A DNA stretch of 64,000 nucleotides from Podarcis filfolensis (Eukaryota), in NCBI GenBank assembly GCA_964270895.1, contig OZ185441.1; one strand, 5' to 3'. The position numbers and the translations under genes were made by a program. The notes under the pieces are model-generated. The model had not been told where the DNA came from. It did not search any database and worked only from the letters and a program-made list of their open reading frames with translations. How positions within the stretch are numbered: position 1 is the first letter of the stretch; every line of letters starts with the position of its first letter. This document shows positions 36,926-50,007 of this stretch, piece after piece.

Positions 36926-39054
36926 AAAGTACATACATGTCTGCTTTATTGGGTTCTATTTAGGATAAATGGTTCTTCTTGGAGTAAAATACAACAGAAT
37001 AAACAAGACTTCAGCTATAATATCAGTTGTTACAGGCATCTCTTTAGAAAGTTATTTAATTAAAAGGTGTCTGAAAAGCTAGTCAGGCTTTTCTTTTAAA
37101 AATGTGTTCAAAGCAGATTGATAGCTTGCTGTTGCATGATAAAATTAATGATTTGAAAGAATTCTTGTTAGTACTTCATCCCATTAACATGAGATGAACA
37201 AATGCAAGGGTGAGGCTAACGTCATGATTCTCCAAAAGATGTTCAGTGAACAATCATCAAACTGAATTTGAAACTGGAAGATTGTCAGCAGAGGCACCAT
37301 TTAAGGAAGGCAGGTGGGTGGGCAGTAGGGTTTCCCTATTTTTATTTGTTACTCTGACGGTAACAAAACAATTGTTTGGGCACTTCATAGATTGCTGAAA
37401 ACCTACCTTCTTGGCCAGTGATCCCAAGCCACTGATGTTTTAATAACCACTGTTATCCATCTTTTATTTTATTGCATTGCTTTATTTTATGGTGAACTGC
37501 CTTTATGTTATCTTAATTAAAGGTTATGTGTACATGAGACAGATAGATAAGAAATAAATAAGTAAATAAATAAGAAAGAATGACACCGTTTTACTAGTGT
37601 TGGGTTTGTTGTCACTTAATTTGCCACAAAATTGCTTTTCACTAACAAATTTTCCTGGTTTCTCTTTCAAACTCTACCACAAATTATCTGCAGTTGCCAT
37701 TGTTTAAATTTAAAAGCAGTCTTTAATAAATGACCCAAGAAGAAGTGAAATTTGGTATAATAAGAAAACTGGCAGATTTAATTTCACAAGGAACTTGGCA
37801 GTTATTTATAAAGTTGTAGTACAGCATGTCCGTATCAAACTATATTGGACATGCAGTCCATGATTTGTTTAGAAGTGTTCCAGGCTGTTTCACCATCTTT
37901 CTTAGGGATAAAAAATATTAATTAAAAGGCAGGCATGGCTTAATTAAATCTAATAGCAAGCTGAACAAAATCATTGCAGGTATTATTTTCTCAGGCTGTA
38001 GAAGAATTTACATCAGCATTCATCTTGCATAGACAGAATATAAACAATACAATTCCCCCCACTAAATGCCAGATAGTGCTTAACTGTGCAGTGCTGTACA
38101 ATTTTACTTGGAAGTCAGTTCCACCATGTTCCATGAGTGGTTCCCTAGCAAGTGTGTCTAGACTTGCAGCCTAAAACACCTTGATCCTACCTAATAAACA
38201 GCAAATAGCAAAACCAAACCATCAAATGTTTTAAGGAAGAACCTGAGGTCAAAAACCAGCACCTTGAATGTATGTCCCAGAGCATCAATTTATAAAGGTA
38301 GTCTCCTTTTCATCTCACACTGAGAGGCAAGCTACAATTTTCAAATGTGCTTATATTATAAATAAATTTGAATTAATGCTCAAGATGTTTTAGTTGATCA
38401 ATCTAAACCAAATATTGCAACACTAGTTTATTGATTTCTGTATATATAAAACAATAAATGCACTATTCTTCATTCTATGAAGTTTTCCCAAATGCTAGAA
38501 GGGTGGAATGCAATTATTTCCTTGGCAACCACTTCATTTTGTTGGAATGTCTATAGCATTATTTTCCATTTTTCATAAGGCTAATATTTTAGCAGTAACG
38601 TATTAATTATCTATTTAGCTTACCCCATATTAAAAAACAACCCCAGACACACTGTTGACGCCTGCCTGGCAATTCTGATAATTGAGTTAGGCCAAACAAA
38701 GACCTCAGATCTCAAAGGATTCAGAATGAGCTCAGAATAAATTCAGAAGCCTGTCTTTTCACTTCATTTTCTTTTCACTATTTCAGCCACATCTGTGTCA
38801 ATCATGCTTTGCTGGAAGAGGTTTTAGAAGTGCAGAATTACCATCTCTTCTTCTTCTTCTTCTTTGGAGGAAGTTCTGCAGATATTTGTCTTTTCTGACT
38901 CTTGCCAGCAGAGATGAACTACTACTACTCATTCTTAGTATTGATGTAATGCTTCACAGTATCCAGAGCACTTCATATGCATTAAATGATGTGAATTGGG
39001 CCTGTATTATTCTCCCCTTATTACTTCTGGGCAACTGAGACTGATAGAGGCTTG

Positions 39055-39150
39055 TCTAAAAATCATGTGGCGTACTGGCTAGACTGTCACACTGAGAAAC
39101 CCAAGCTCAAATCACGCATAGCCATGAAGCTCACTATGTGACATTGGGCT
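39055..39150 (+). mobile_element. SINE relic
   Basis: ccaagctcaaatcacgcatagccatgaagctcact is related to 29810-29850 and to 42480. Confidence 0.45.
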
Positions 39151-41339
39151 GGGGCAGGAGTGAGGAACCTCAGACCAAGAGAAAATATGCCTTTATCTGC
39201 CCATCGGGATTCCCCTCAGTCTGCACCCCACACTGGCCTCAAGTCGCACCTCAATTATTATTTTTTGCCTGGCTGGAATGTGTCATTGAGCTCTGATAGT
39301 GCCTCTTGCCTGTCTGGTTGGAGACTAGAAGGGGTGTGTAGGCTATTGTGCAAATGTATTGTTAACAGTTGTTGCTCTGCCCACTCATATCTCTGCTCAG
39401 TACCCACCACTACCACACCATCCTGATCACTGGCATCTAACCTTCCAAAAGTTGCCCAGAAGAGAATATAGACCTTGGTCTGAAGAAAGGTTCCACACCC
39501 CTGGGCCAGAGTTTTGTTGCCAAAAGAGAACTTTTCCCATGGAGGAAAGCAGAGGATAGAGACAGGCATATGGACACACTGAGGCATCATTATCATCCAT
39601 GCTTGACAGAAAGTACAGATATATCAGCAACAACTCAATTTGAGCTTCTGAGTGTGAACTACACATGTGAAAAGGAGGAATCTGAGGAACCCAAAGGCAT
39701 GTTTTTACTGTAACAACAACAACAGCAGTAAAGTATTAGTTATTCAGACAATCTGTTAAAAATGTGGAGGTTTAGGTGAAATACAATGGATTATAATATC
39801 AGGGAAATTGGTGAGCAGAAAAGGTAACATAAGAACTAAAATGAACACATGTGAAATGCGAGAGGATGAAAGACAGTTTGAACGAACAGAGAGAAGGTAA
39901 GTGTCTTCAGAGAATACCTGTTTCTGACTGAATGGAAGTTCTCTATGGGAACTCCAAGCCAGGTCAAATATTACAAAAGGTCTCTTCACAAATTTGCTTT
40001 CTTGCATAAGGCTAAATGCATAAATGGGGAGCTGGTGATGCCCCCAAATTTTGTACCTCATCAGCCTCACCTCATCCCCAAGTATTCAGTGAGCATGTCT
40101 GAAAAGCAAGAGTCTACAGCTGCATGGATATAGGCATCCATGTGTTTGGGAATCCTGATTGTGCAGAGTTCCTGGTTGTGTGGAAGGGTGCACATGTAGA
40201 ACTTCCTTTTCACACACCTTTGCTGAACATTCAGATATTGGAGCCAGGGTGTGTAATGCCCGACATGGAGGCAGGAGGTGCTTGTCCTGTTCCTCCCACA
40301 CATGTTTAGCCATATATATATGAAAGCGAATTTGTGAGGAGACTAAAAAGCCAAGAATGAAGATCCACAATTTATATAATTTCACATGAGCTCCAGGGAG
40401 CATTAGGTTCTATTTTTTATCCTAAAAAAAAAAAAAAAGACAAGTCTATTTGTAAGGAAAGGCAATAGGAAGCCTTTACAAACATGTGGGTAGAATCTGT
40501 ATCAAAAAGAATCTTCCTTTTTAACTAGAATTAGAATTGAAACAATGGGATAATAACTAATATCCCACTAACTATCATCCATGGTTTTCTTTCAGAACCC
40601 AACTCCCATGGTTTACTATTTTTGTTCTTTGTTTGTAATGGCAGAGGCGTTTTTCACACCAAGCTTTGATTTTGATGCAATGTGCAGCACAACATAGTGC
40701 AGAATAAGAACACTTCAAGCATTGCATGCAAACTTCTGTCTGGAAATTAATTATATAAGTCATAACTTGATGTGCTAACACCAGTGGCAAGTGTTCAGAG
40801 ACAATGCTGTGTTAATGTAACTGGCTGCTAACGTAAAAAGCTGGGTCGCACCAGAAAATGGTGCAAAGATTGTGAAATGGCTTTAAATGGGAAAGCTTTC
40901 TTATCTATTTTAAGGGTAAGAAACAGGTGAGGTTAGGCCATCTCCATATTTTATCTTCACCTTGTGTGCTACATTGGAGATAATGAATTCTTTCCTTCAG
41001 GCCACTCAGCTTTATGAAATTGAACTGGAGGCCCACCATATTGCATGGAGAAGATTTCTGAAAGTCTGAACTGACTGTCTAATATGCATATAGGCACATC
41101 CTCATCCAGATTACAATTTGTGGCCTCAGCTTTGATAGCCAAAGTGGGTGGTACCCTCAAGTTCTTCATGAGGCCCCTTCCCCCAAGCTGATAGTACTGA
41201 GGGGAGAGGAAGTACTTGGAACTGACATAAAGTTATAAGGACTGTCATAGGAATATTAACCATCTCTTTGGCAAGCTGCACATAGTGCTAGGATGTGTTT
41301 AATATACATGCACCCCATTATGTTGGGTGCTTTCATATA

Positions 41340-41565
41340 CAGTGGTACCTCGAGTTAAGTACTTAATTTGTTCTGGAGGTCTCTTCTTAACCTGAAACTG
41401 TTCTTAACCTGAAGCACCATTTTAGCTAATGGGGCCTCCCACTGCTGCTGCGCCGCCGGAGCACAATTTCTGTTCTCATCCTGAAGCAAAGTTCTTAACC
41501 CGAGGTAATATTTCTGGGTTAGCGGAGTCTGTAACCTGAAGCGTATGTAATCCGAGGTACCACTG
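41340..41565 (+). mobile_element. Tc1/mariner MITE
   Basis: TA | cagtggtacctcg ... cgaggtaccactg | TA. Near-identical to 44945-45169 in opposite orientation. Confidence 0.93.
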
Positions 41566-42479
41566 TACTTTTGAGCACATACAATAAAAGACATGCAATT
41601 TTTATTTAAGGGCCAAAATCTGCTAGCATAGTGTTTTTGCTGGATCATGCTATGTGTTTCTAACATGTTCCTTTTAAAGCTTCTGACATGTTCTGTGGTT
41701 TATCCCTCAGAAAGGCTTTGGTTTTCCCCTGCCCATATTTGTCTTACTTAAATGTCAAGTAGTAGTAGGAACAATCTTGTATTGCAGCTCTCACTGTTCA
41801 CAGTGAGACATAGTTCAAAGAGGCATCTTTTCCTTCATGTACATTTCCTCAGTCTTGTGACAATCAAATGGATTGGCACTGAAACAAAGTCTTTTATTAG
41901 GCTCCCCCACCCAAATGTATTGTTTGGCCCTCAGAACTACCCTGGTTCAAGCTTTGACCTACTTATAATGAAACCACTAGCTGCCTCATTACACAGACTA
42001 CATCAGCAATATCAAAAAGTACCCAGCAGCTCTAAGGCTTGAATGATCCCCTAAAGCTGTGTTTGATTTTTTTCTCTCCTCTCGAATAACTGAGCATATG
42101 TAGTACTTCTGAACTCCTCTTTTTCTGTAGGAGCAAATTTTACCCAGCTGAAACCACCAATATGCATATCATAAATATTAATACAAATGTAATTCTCCAT
42201 GGAGGAACATCAATACGGAAAAGTTGTAATCTTTCTTTTTAGATGCAAGGCTGGAAAAATATGCTTTAATTAACATGGATTATGTTCTCCTAGTAACCAT
42301 GACTTTGATGTGCTTTGTTTACAGCATCTATCACCTTTATAAAAGGTGGATTGGATTTTTTAAAGTCTAATTTCCATCACAAAGTTCTATCTCAGAAAAA
42401 GTATTATGAGTGATACCTGTTGTTTTCTGTTTTGAAACAGATTTCTAAATGCAGTAGACATGGATTAAAATTTCCTGTC

Positions 42480-42635
42480 AACCATGAAGCTCACTGAGTA
42501 AACTGGAATTAATTTTTTGCTCTCTGCCTAAACCACCTCACAGGGTTGCTGTGAGGATAGAAAAAGAGATTAGAGAGAGATCCTTTTATGCTACCTTGAG
42601 TGCCTTGAAAGAAGGGTGATATTTTAATGAAACTA
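42480..42635 (+). mobile_element. MIR-like SINE relic
   Basis: ctctctgcctaaaccacctcacagggttgctgtgaggata is a CORE-SINE-like segment. Confidence 0.6.
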
Positions 42636-42835
42636 AATCAAATACTGAAAAACACAGCTTTGGCATTTTTGCGGGATGAATAGTTTTGTTTTTAAAACAG
42701 CTATGGCAACAATTCAACATAGTTAGGTCTGTTGAATAGGCTGATTGCATCCTATATCTTTTTCTAACAACCATGGTTACGGAAATATTGGGTCATGCAA
42801 ATAAAAAAGCTGAATGATAAACAATAGCGGCTTAC

Positions 42836-42949
42836 CAGATTCTGGGGTGAACGGCTGTTACGATCTGCTGTGGTGCCTCCGTACACCCTGCAGAGCCTCA
42901 CCATTTTGTTGTGGCCGTTGCCGCTTTCCCCTTGGCCACCACACAGCAT
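42836..42949 (-). CDS. Putative coding part of a first exon (MLCGGQGESGNGHNKMVRLCRVYGGTTADRNSRSPQNL), host gene unidentified
   Basis: Two ATGs in Kozak-like context (acaATGc, aaaATGg), open to the donor CTG|gtaagc at phase 0, with local CpG enrichment. I do not recognise the peptide. Confidence 0.3.
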
Positions 42950-43262
42950 TGTGAACACCACCAGGCCCACTGCTCAAATCCAACCAACCCACAGCAGCCT
43001 GGAGGCAGGGCTTGGGGAGCAGACCTGGAGGCTGCAGTCCTCACTCAGGTCTACTCCCCATGCATAGCACTGCTCTCAGCAGCTCAGTCACACACCCAGC
43101 CCTCCCTCTATGCATTACTGTTTTTCCTGTTGCTTTTCTTTTAACCTTTCCCTTTTCAGATTTGCTGGCTTTGCTATGGTTTTCAATGGCTGCTGTATTC
43201 AGAGCTGGGAAGGAATTTTCCCTGTGCTGCAGGTTTTGCTTTCCCCATAGCACTAGTCACAA

Positions 43263-43712
43263 TTTTGGCGGTCTGGGCCTTGAGCGGAATCCTTTAGCCT
43301 ATCTTCTGACCTGGGGGGGGAGGGGTAAAGTGGTGATTCCCCCTCCCCCTTACTGTCGTGGCAATAACAGGATATCCCATTAATGTGGCCTTGAGGGAAG
43401 TCTCTGCCCCTAGGGCCAAAAACAGGTAGCTAGCGGGCCACAGAGCTTCCCTCAGTATCTTCGTAGACCTGCATTTTGCGATGGTCTCATTTTCCCAAAT
43501 AGATCCTGTCATGCCTCATGCCCCTAACGGAGGCTAGGAGGGATACATGCCTAATGCCTATGCCAAGGTTTACCTACACCTGAAACAATAAAGTTGTGGC
43601 CATTTTCTATCCCAGACAGTTGTTGTGTCCATTTCATTCACCCCTCTAGTTGGCCAGGCTCCCAAGGGTGGGGGACTCTGCAGCTAGGTACACAATAGTC
43701 TCCTTATAACCT
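43263..43712 (+). mobile_element. Terminal segment of a probable Ngaro/DIRS-like retrotransposon
   Basis: Shares tggcggt..ggccttg.g.ggaatcctttag.ct.tcttc, ggatacatgcc and aataaagttgtggcc with the reverse strand of 52059-52745. Confidence 0.5.
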
Positions 43713-43888
43713 GTACAATGGAGCAAGCATTTTAATGCAATCTAGATTTCCCTTCACCTGTAATGGAATTCAAGTTCTAGTAGGTCAGTTACCAATTCTG
43801 GGTGGGCTTGCCCTCCCTCTGAAGGAATAGGTACGCAGTCTGGGGGATCTCTTGAATCCATCACACGTGCCTTCTGTCCTCCTTCTAG

Positions 43889-43968
43889 GCAAACAAAGGT
43901 CATTATGAGCATTCAAAGGCACACACCATCTGGGCAAAAACACTCAAGAAAGGTGTAAAACAAGGCCG
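43889..43968 (+). other. Candidate 80-nt internal exon (frame 0 open: ANKGHYEHSKAHTIWAKTLKKGVKQG)
   Basis: Strong acceptor ccttctgtcctccttctag| and donor CCG|gtaaga. Product not recognised; may be non-coding. Confidence 0.3.
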
Positions 43969-44944
43969 GTAAGAGGTGTATTCATGGCTAGGGAGGGAAT
44001 GTGGCCTGGAAACAGTTCTAAGGACCAGACAGGGGCCTGTCAGGCTGCATTTGGTCCCTGGGGCTGAAGCTAACCACCCCTCTTCTGAAGACTCTTCCCA
44101 TTTGCTCTGCCTTTTCTGACATCTCATGATCTTGCTTATACTGCTACTTTGATTTGATGGATTGTTATTTTCACTTACTGCATTTTTATACAATTGTATT
44201 TTAATCTGCTGTTCACCACTTTGGAGGCTTTTGGGATGAAAAGTGACATACAAATAAATGGATGGTGGCGATGGTGATTTCAAAATTTGAAAAAGTGGTG
44301 CTCATGCTTTAAATCTCATTCTAATACCTTCCTGGCATACATGTAATGGGGGGGGAGCAATTTGAGACAATCCGTGAAATTAACATGGAATGCCACACTT
44401 CTCCTCAGGGAAAGGTATTTGACTGGGGTGGGGAAACAACCAACAAGAGTGTTGACCTGCTTTGTTGACGTAGAGGGGAAGCTATTTTCAACAGTTAAAT
44501 GACAAGTGGGAACATCTGTGTAATTTAGAAAAATCAAAAGCGTTTGAAAGGTTGTGTGACTTGCATACTTCTCTCACTCTTAACTGCACAACCTATCTAA
44601 CAAGAAGAGGATATGTGCTCAGAGCTTCCATTCCTAAGAGCAGTAGATTCCAGTGAGACTTGCCACAACCTGGAAAAACTAATCATGCTTATAAATTCTT
44701 CAAGGAGCCCCCAATGAACTGAATCACTTCACACATTTATCAAAATGGGCTTGTGGTATGCACAAAGAAGGAGCTTCAGTCTTCATATGCTACCATTGTG
44801 CATACTGTACAACATAAAGTATGAGTCAGACTGTACATGCATTCATTAGTGTAATCTTTCAAAATATAGGAGGGAGAGGGGTCCTCTGAATATTCAGAAA
44901 TGCAGCCCCCTATCATACTTCACCTTGAGAAGATGATGGAGGTA

Positions 44945-45169
44945 CAGTCTACCTCCGGTTACAGACTCTTCAGGTTACAGACTCCGCTAACCCAGAAATA
45001 GTACCTCGGGTTAAGAACTTTGCTTCAGGATGAGAACAGAAATTGTGTGGCAGTTGTGTGGTGGCAGTGGGAGGCCCCATTAGCTAAAGTGGTACCTCAG
45101 GTTAAGAACAGTTTCAGGTTAAGAACGGACCTCCAGAACGAATTAAGTTCTTAACCCGAGGTACCACTG
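44945..45169 (-). mobile_element. Tc1/mariner MITE
   Basis: TA | cagtctacctccgg ... ccgaggtaccactg | TA. Inverted copy of 41340-41565. Confidence 0.92.
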
Positions 45170-47742
45170 TATGTGAATGTCTATACTTCCTTGCCACACT
45201 TACAGAACTGCTTCAAAAGGCACATGAATTGGGCATTTTTCTGTCTTTCTGGGCTGTTCAGCTGCTTTTCAGTGGTGCACTACTAGAGGCAATTAATTAT
45301 CCAGACACATGCCTCTATGGCTGCATTCAGATGCCACAAATCATAGCCTAGATCAGGAATGAATGATGAACTCCAGAGTTCCCTCCTCCCCCTTTCTTTC
45401 TCTCAATTGTGCCTCAATGAAAGGCTTCCGGATTTCCACAGTTCGCGATGCTGTAAAACTGCCAAACTATAGTTTGAGAAGTTCCACTCCCACTTTAAAA
45501 CCAAAGCAGGATCACAAACCACAGCTTGATCACAGCAAACGTCTGAAGTAGACATGTATACCATTGCACTAAAAGTTAACTATACTGAGAGTGCCTGGAC
45601 ATAGGCTCTTGAACATTTTACACTTGCCATTTGGGGAGAGGATTCTTTAACATCCAGACACAGTTATTGTGTTCTAGTATTTGAGAAGATTGCTTCTAGG
45701 GAGTACCTGATCTCAGAAGAACCCACCACAGGAAACATGCATCCTGGTTGCGAAAAAGGAAGGGCAAACTATGGGGATTCCAAGGACTACTAGAAAATTA
45801 GACAGAATCAAGAAAAGTGCACTAAAAGTCGAAGCTCTTCAGGACCCCAGGTATTCCTATTGCCCAATGTCCAAACAACTCACTTATCAGCTCTGACTTC
45901 ACTCATTGGCTAAAAACACTGACAGGTGGGAGCAGGCAGACTGGGTCATTTCATAGAAATTGCTTAGACCTATCTCGTCTGACATCCTGTTTCCCACAGT
46001 GACCATAGTTACCTTTGGGAAACCCACAACAAGTAGGACATAGGGATCATAGATCTCTTCCATTGTTGTTCTCAGCATGCTGCCTCTGATCCCGACCTAA
46101 ATGTTGAATGACTAGTAGCTGTTGCAGTAGCAAATTCCATGATTTAACTATGGACCATGAAGGCCAAGGTTTGGAATATCTCCACTATTCTACTTCTCTA
46201 CTAAACTTTACCTCCCTCACGTACCACTTTTCCTAGAAATAGCATATTTTGGGGTTTGGATGTAGAATCTGGGCATAACAAGTAGCTTGGGCAGCAGCCA
46301 CATCCATATGCCCCTGACGTTCCCATGTTAAAAGGCTGCCATGAAAAACAGCTAGACTGTTCAGAGCTTCTACGATGCTTGTTAAAATCAGCATTGGCTC
46401 GAACACTTAGGCTTTCATAGTCATTACTTAATTATTATTGCTTCCTATTTACTTGTGCTATGTGCACAGAATCTGCAATGAAATTCCTTTAATATTTAGT
46501 GCCCATTAAACCAAGGAATGGGGATATAGGCCAATCTGTTGTGAATGTGTGGTTCTGTTAGAGGCGAACCTCACAGAGATGATAGAAAACTAATTTGTTC
46601 ACCAGAAATTTTTTTTCAAGCTTCTGCTTATTCTATCCAAGAAATATTCAGCTGTTTGAATACTTGTCATTATCTCATTCCTTGACTATAGGTCTCTGCC
46701 ATTTTTATCTATACATTTTGTTGTCTTATAAAAGAAATCCAAGTCTAGGGCTGATGTATTATTTATAAAGAATCAACATTTACCTCAGGAAGCATGAGGC
46801 GAAAATAGCATCAGAGTAATAAAATAACCTTATGATATCCCGCCCCAACATACCCACAACTTCTATTTAATCACACTTAGCCTGCACCCAATTTGCATTC
46901 AAACCATGAGGTGAAACGTTTTAATGCTGAGGGCATGCAATACAACACTTTATATGGAAAAGGCAGAAATATATACTAAATGAGTTAATAGCTCTTTTCC
47001 CTATTCTTGACTCTGACAGCACAACTATTTTCTTCATACAGAGTCCCCCACCCTCTGCAATTCTAGAATTAAGCAGTTTGAACTCCAAATTAAAAAGTAT
47101 TTTAGCTGGAGGTGCTTCACACATAGGATGGCTTTGCTAATAGACCTTTTAGTGCAGTCCAAAAGCTTCTCTCTAATCCCAGAGAGAGATTCCATTATGC
47201 TGGAAGCTCCTTCTCCCAACATGCTGAGCTTGCAATCTCTCTTTTGGCTTCCCACAATGATGATGAGGGACCTGTCTGGGTTTCCAGTGATGAATCATCA
47301 AGTAGCCTAAACCCTCTGAAATGGGAAAACATCAGCCTTCTGCTTGCACCTAGAATGGAAGTTCTCACTTAATGCAAACCTTTACGTAAGTTTTAACTTC
47401 AGTGCATACAAACATATCATTTTGTGCATATTAAACTTTTAATTTAGCACTTATTTTAATGGGGAAATTGACTTGAATGCTATTCAGAGATACCACACTG
47501 AACAATGCAGCCTCCAAAAAGGCCAAGGAGTGTGTATTCTTCATAGCCTCCTACATGGGTTTCTCAAGATTAGGGTAGCTATTATGCCTTTCAGATATTA
47601 TTGGATTATACCTCTAATCATTCCTGGCTGCTGTTGTTGCTGACTTTTTGCTACAGTATCAGCTACATCTGGCATTAAAGACAGCATTAACTCTACCATT
47701 GTAAGGATATGTGCTAGTAACAGAAACTGAACAACAAGCAGA

Positions 47743-47806
47743 TAGAATCATAGACTGTAGAGTTGGAAGGGACCCTGAGAATCATCTAGTCCAACCCCCT
47801 GCAATG
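47743..47806 (-). mobile_element. CR1 (or CR1-tailed SINE) 3' terminus
   Basis: atagaatcatagactgtagagttggaagggaccctgagaatcatctagtccaaccccctgc. Confidence 0.8.
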
Positions 47807-49246
47807 AGATACGTAATTCAGTTTCAACTGTGACACAATGTCCACTGGTGAAATATTAAAACCAATCCCATCTTATGAAGGCTTAGCATCTGGTTGGAAA
47901 AGCGGGCTATGATGGATGATAATGCACACGAGGATACATTAATGGAAAAGGAATAATCATCATGCAGTATTTAGTACAGAGCAATGTAGTTAATGTAATG
48001 GTTAAATGTCAGTCAGCTGACATGTACTGTAAGTAGTCCTTGGGTGATTACAGCAAACATATTGCAATCAGAAAAAAAACTAACATACAGAGTGACTGTG
48101 TGAACAGGAACCTTCATATAAATGCTGTGTATGTGGAATAGCAATATTCTCACAACTAGAGGACTACCTAAGAAATAGCACCTGTCCCATATACACTATC
48201 CACGTGGGTATCAATATCTACACAATCACTTGCTTCCATGTGATTGTCCTTCCCTCACAAGCCCAAAACAATCAAGCCTTCATAGTGCTCACAGTATGTG
48301 AATGAACCCACTTAATAAAAATCAACAGAGTGGGGAAGGTATCAAAATGGGTTATTGGTGGCAAGAATCCAGAAAAAAAAGTGCAGATGGACAGATGAGC
48401 AATTGTCCTATGTCAAGAAACAAGGATTTTTAGAATGCAGAACAGTTCCTTCTATGCTCACCAAAATCAGCATGTTTCTTGGAGAAAAAATATATATGCC
48501 GTGTTCAGCCCTTACCTACAGCACAGGGTGTCTTTGTTCTGTACCTATTGTTCTCTTCTGGGAAAGCTTCTCATTTAAAAATAAGCCTAATGAAATTTGT
48601 TTGACAATGTTTGACACATCTCCACACTTGTGGTCCACCAGGCCATCAAACATATTGGTGGCCCACCAGGGACTTGGTGAAACTCCTAGCCATCTGTAGA
48701 AACAGCAGGCTTGTCTAGCATTTTTAAGGACACAGTTTGGACCCCAGACAATACTGTAAACAATGGCAGCTCATCTGGCAAAGAAGTGAGCAAGGAAGGA
48801 AGCTACATGGGGTTCAGCTTAACTGAGCACATGCACAAATAATCATATGAACTGCACTGTTCTACAAATATTATACAGGAGAAAAACCAAAGCCTTGTGA
48901 CAAAAATGATGATGCTATTAACCCTATTATGCCTAACATGAATTACTATCTTGCAATAAAGTAAATACATATCTGTAAAAGCAGAGCAAGAGTCTCAAAT
49001 ATCTAAAGTATATAAAATACTTGATTTCTTAATTTCTTAATTGATTTCTAATTTGATCAACGGAAGCCATAGCAGCCAAGCTTAAATTCCAAATACTCCA
49101 CAAGTCAAGCTTAAAATATGAGGTAGGACCACTCTAATAAGTATCCTAGTACATCAACAGAGCAACTTCTGTGCTTTGGGGTAGTTTTGATTTTGCCTCG
49201 AATCAAATGAAGTGGAGATTAGGAAGGAGTGTTGCATCCTCTAACC

Positions 49247-49382
49247 CAGGCAACCCCAACCTTTGGCCCTCCAGATGTTTTGGACTACAATTCCCATCAT
49301 CCCTGACCACTGGTCCTGTTAGGTAGGGAACATGGGAGTTGTAGGGCAAAACATTTGGAGGGCCACAGGTTGGGAATGCCTG
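49247..49382. mobile_element. hAT MITE with perfect 8-bp TSD
   Basis: ctctaacc | caggca...tgcctg | ctctaacc. Internal sequence related to 2648-2750. Confidence 0.9.
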
Positions 49383-50007
49383 CTCTAACCAAATCTTCTG
49401 ATCATATAAAAATGTACAACAATCTTGCCCTGCCTGTACCACTTACGATGCAGGTTAGCCACCTATGAAATACATGGTATTGAGGTCATTTGAAAAACTA
49501 CATGTATCTCAGATGAACTGCTTCTTCCTCGTTGCATTACTCCCTTCTGTGTTTTACTATGATATATTTTTTCTTCCCCTTTTCATTTGAATTGTTATTA
49601 CAACCTCCTATAAAAAAACATTTCCCCCTTTAGCAGAACACATGGAAGACCTGTTTAAAAACTGCTCATTTACACATATAGTCACCTACAGGAAGTGTTA
49701 AGGAATCAGTATGACATGTTTGCTCTGCCCTGTGCAGCATCCTGAAAATGACATCTGCCACAGGGCTAGAGCTTCCCACTTGAGGATCTGTCCTGTCTTT
49801 AATTGCTTTTAGCTTAAGGCTATGCTGTTAGCTATGACATCCAAGTAAGCTGGCCTCAGAGAAACCATCTCCTTCCCACTCACAAACAGGATTGGTTCAC
49901 TGTTTGCATACAAATACGGAAAGAGCTCACAGAATGCCAGGCTCATTTTTTAAAAAGGGAAATTAGCATTTGGTTTCCAGCTATATTAATTGTGAAAAAT
50001 ATCCAGT

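Noticed and set aside
38733-38751. 19-mer cagaataaattcagaagcc repeated exactly at 58480-58498
   Set aside because: Flanks share no similarity; an AT-rich 19-mer coincidence is plausible.
45710-45850. Exon-like segment ttctag|...CAG|gtattc
   Set aside because: Stops occur in all frames read from the acceptor, the donor is weak, and no peptide is recognisable.
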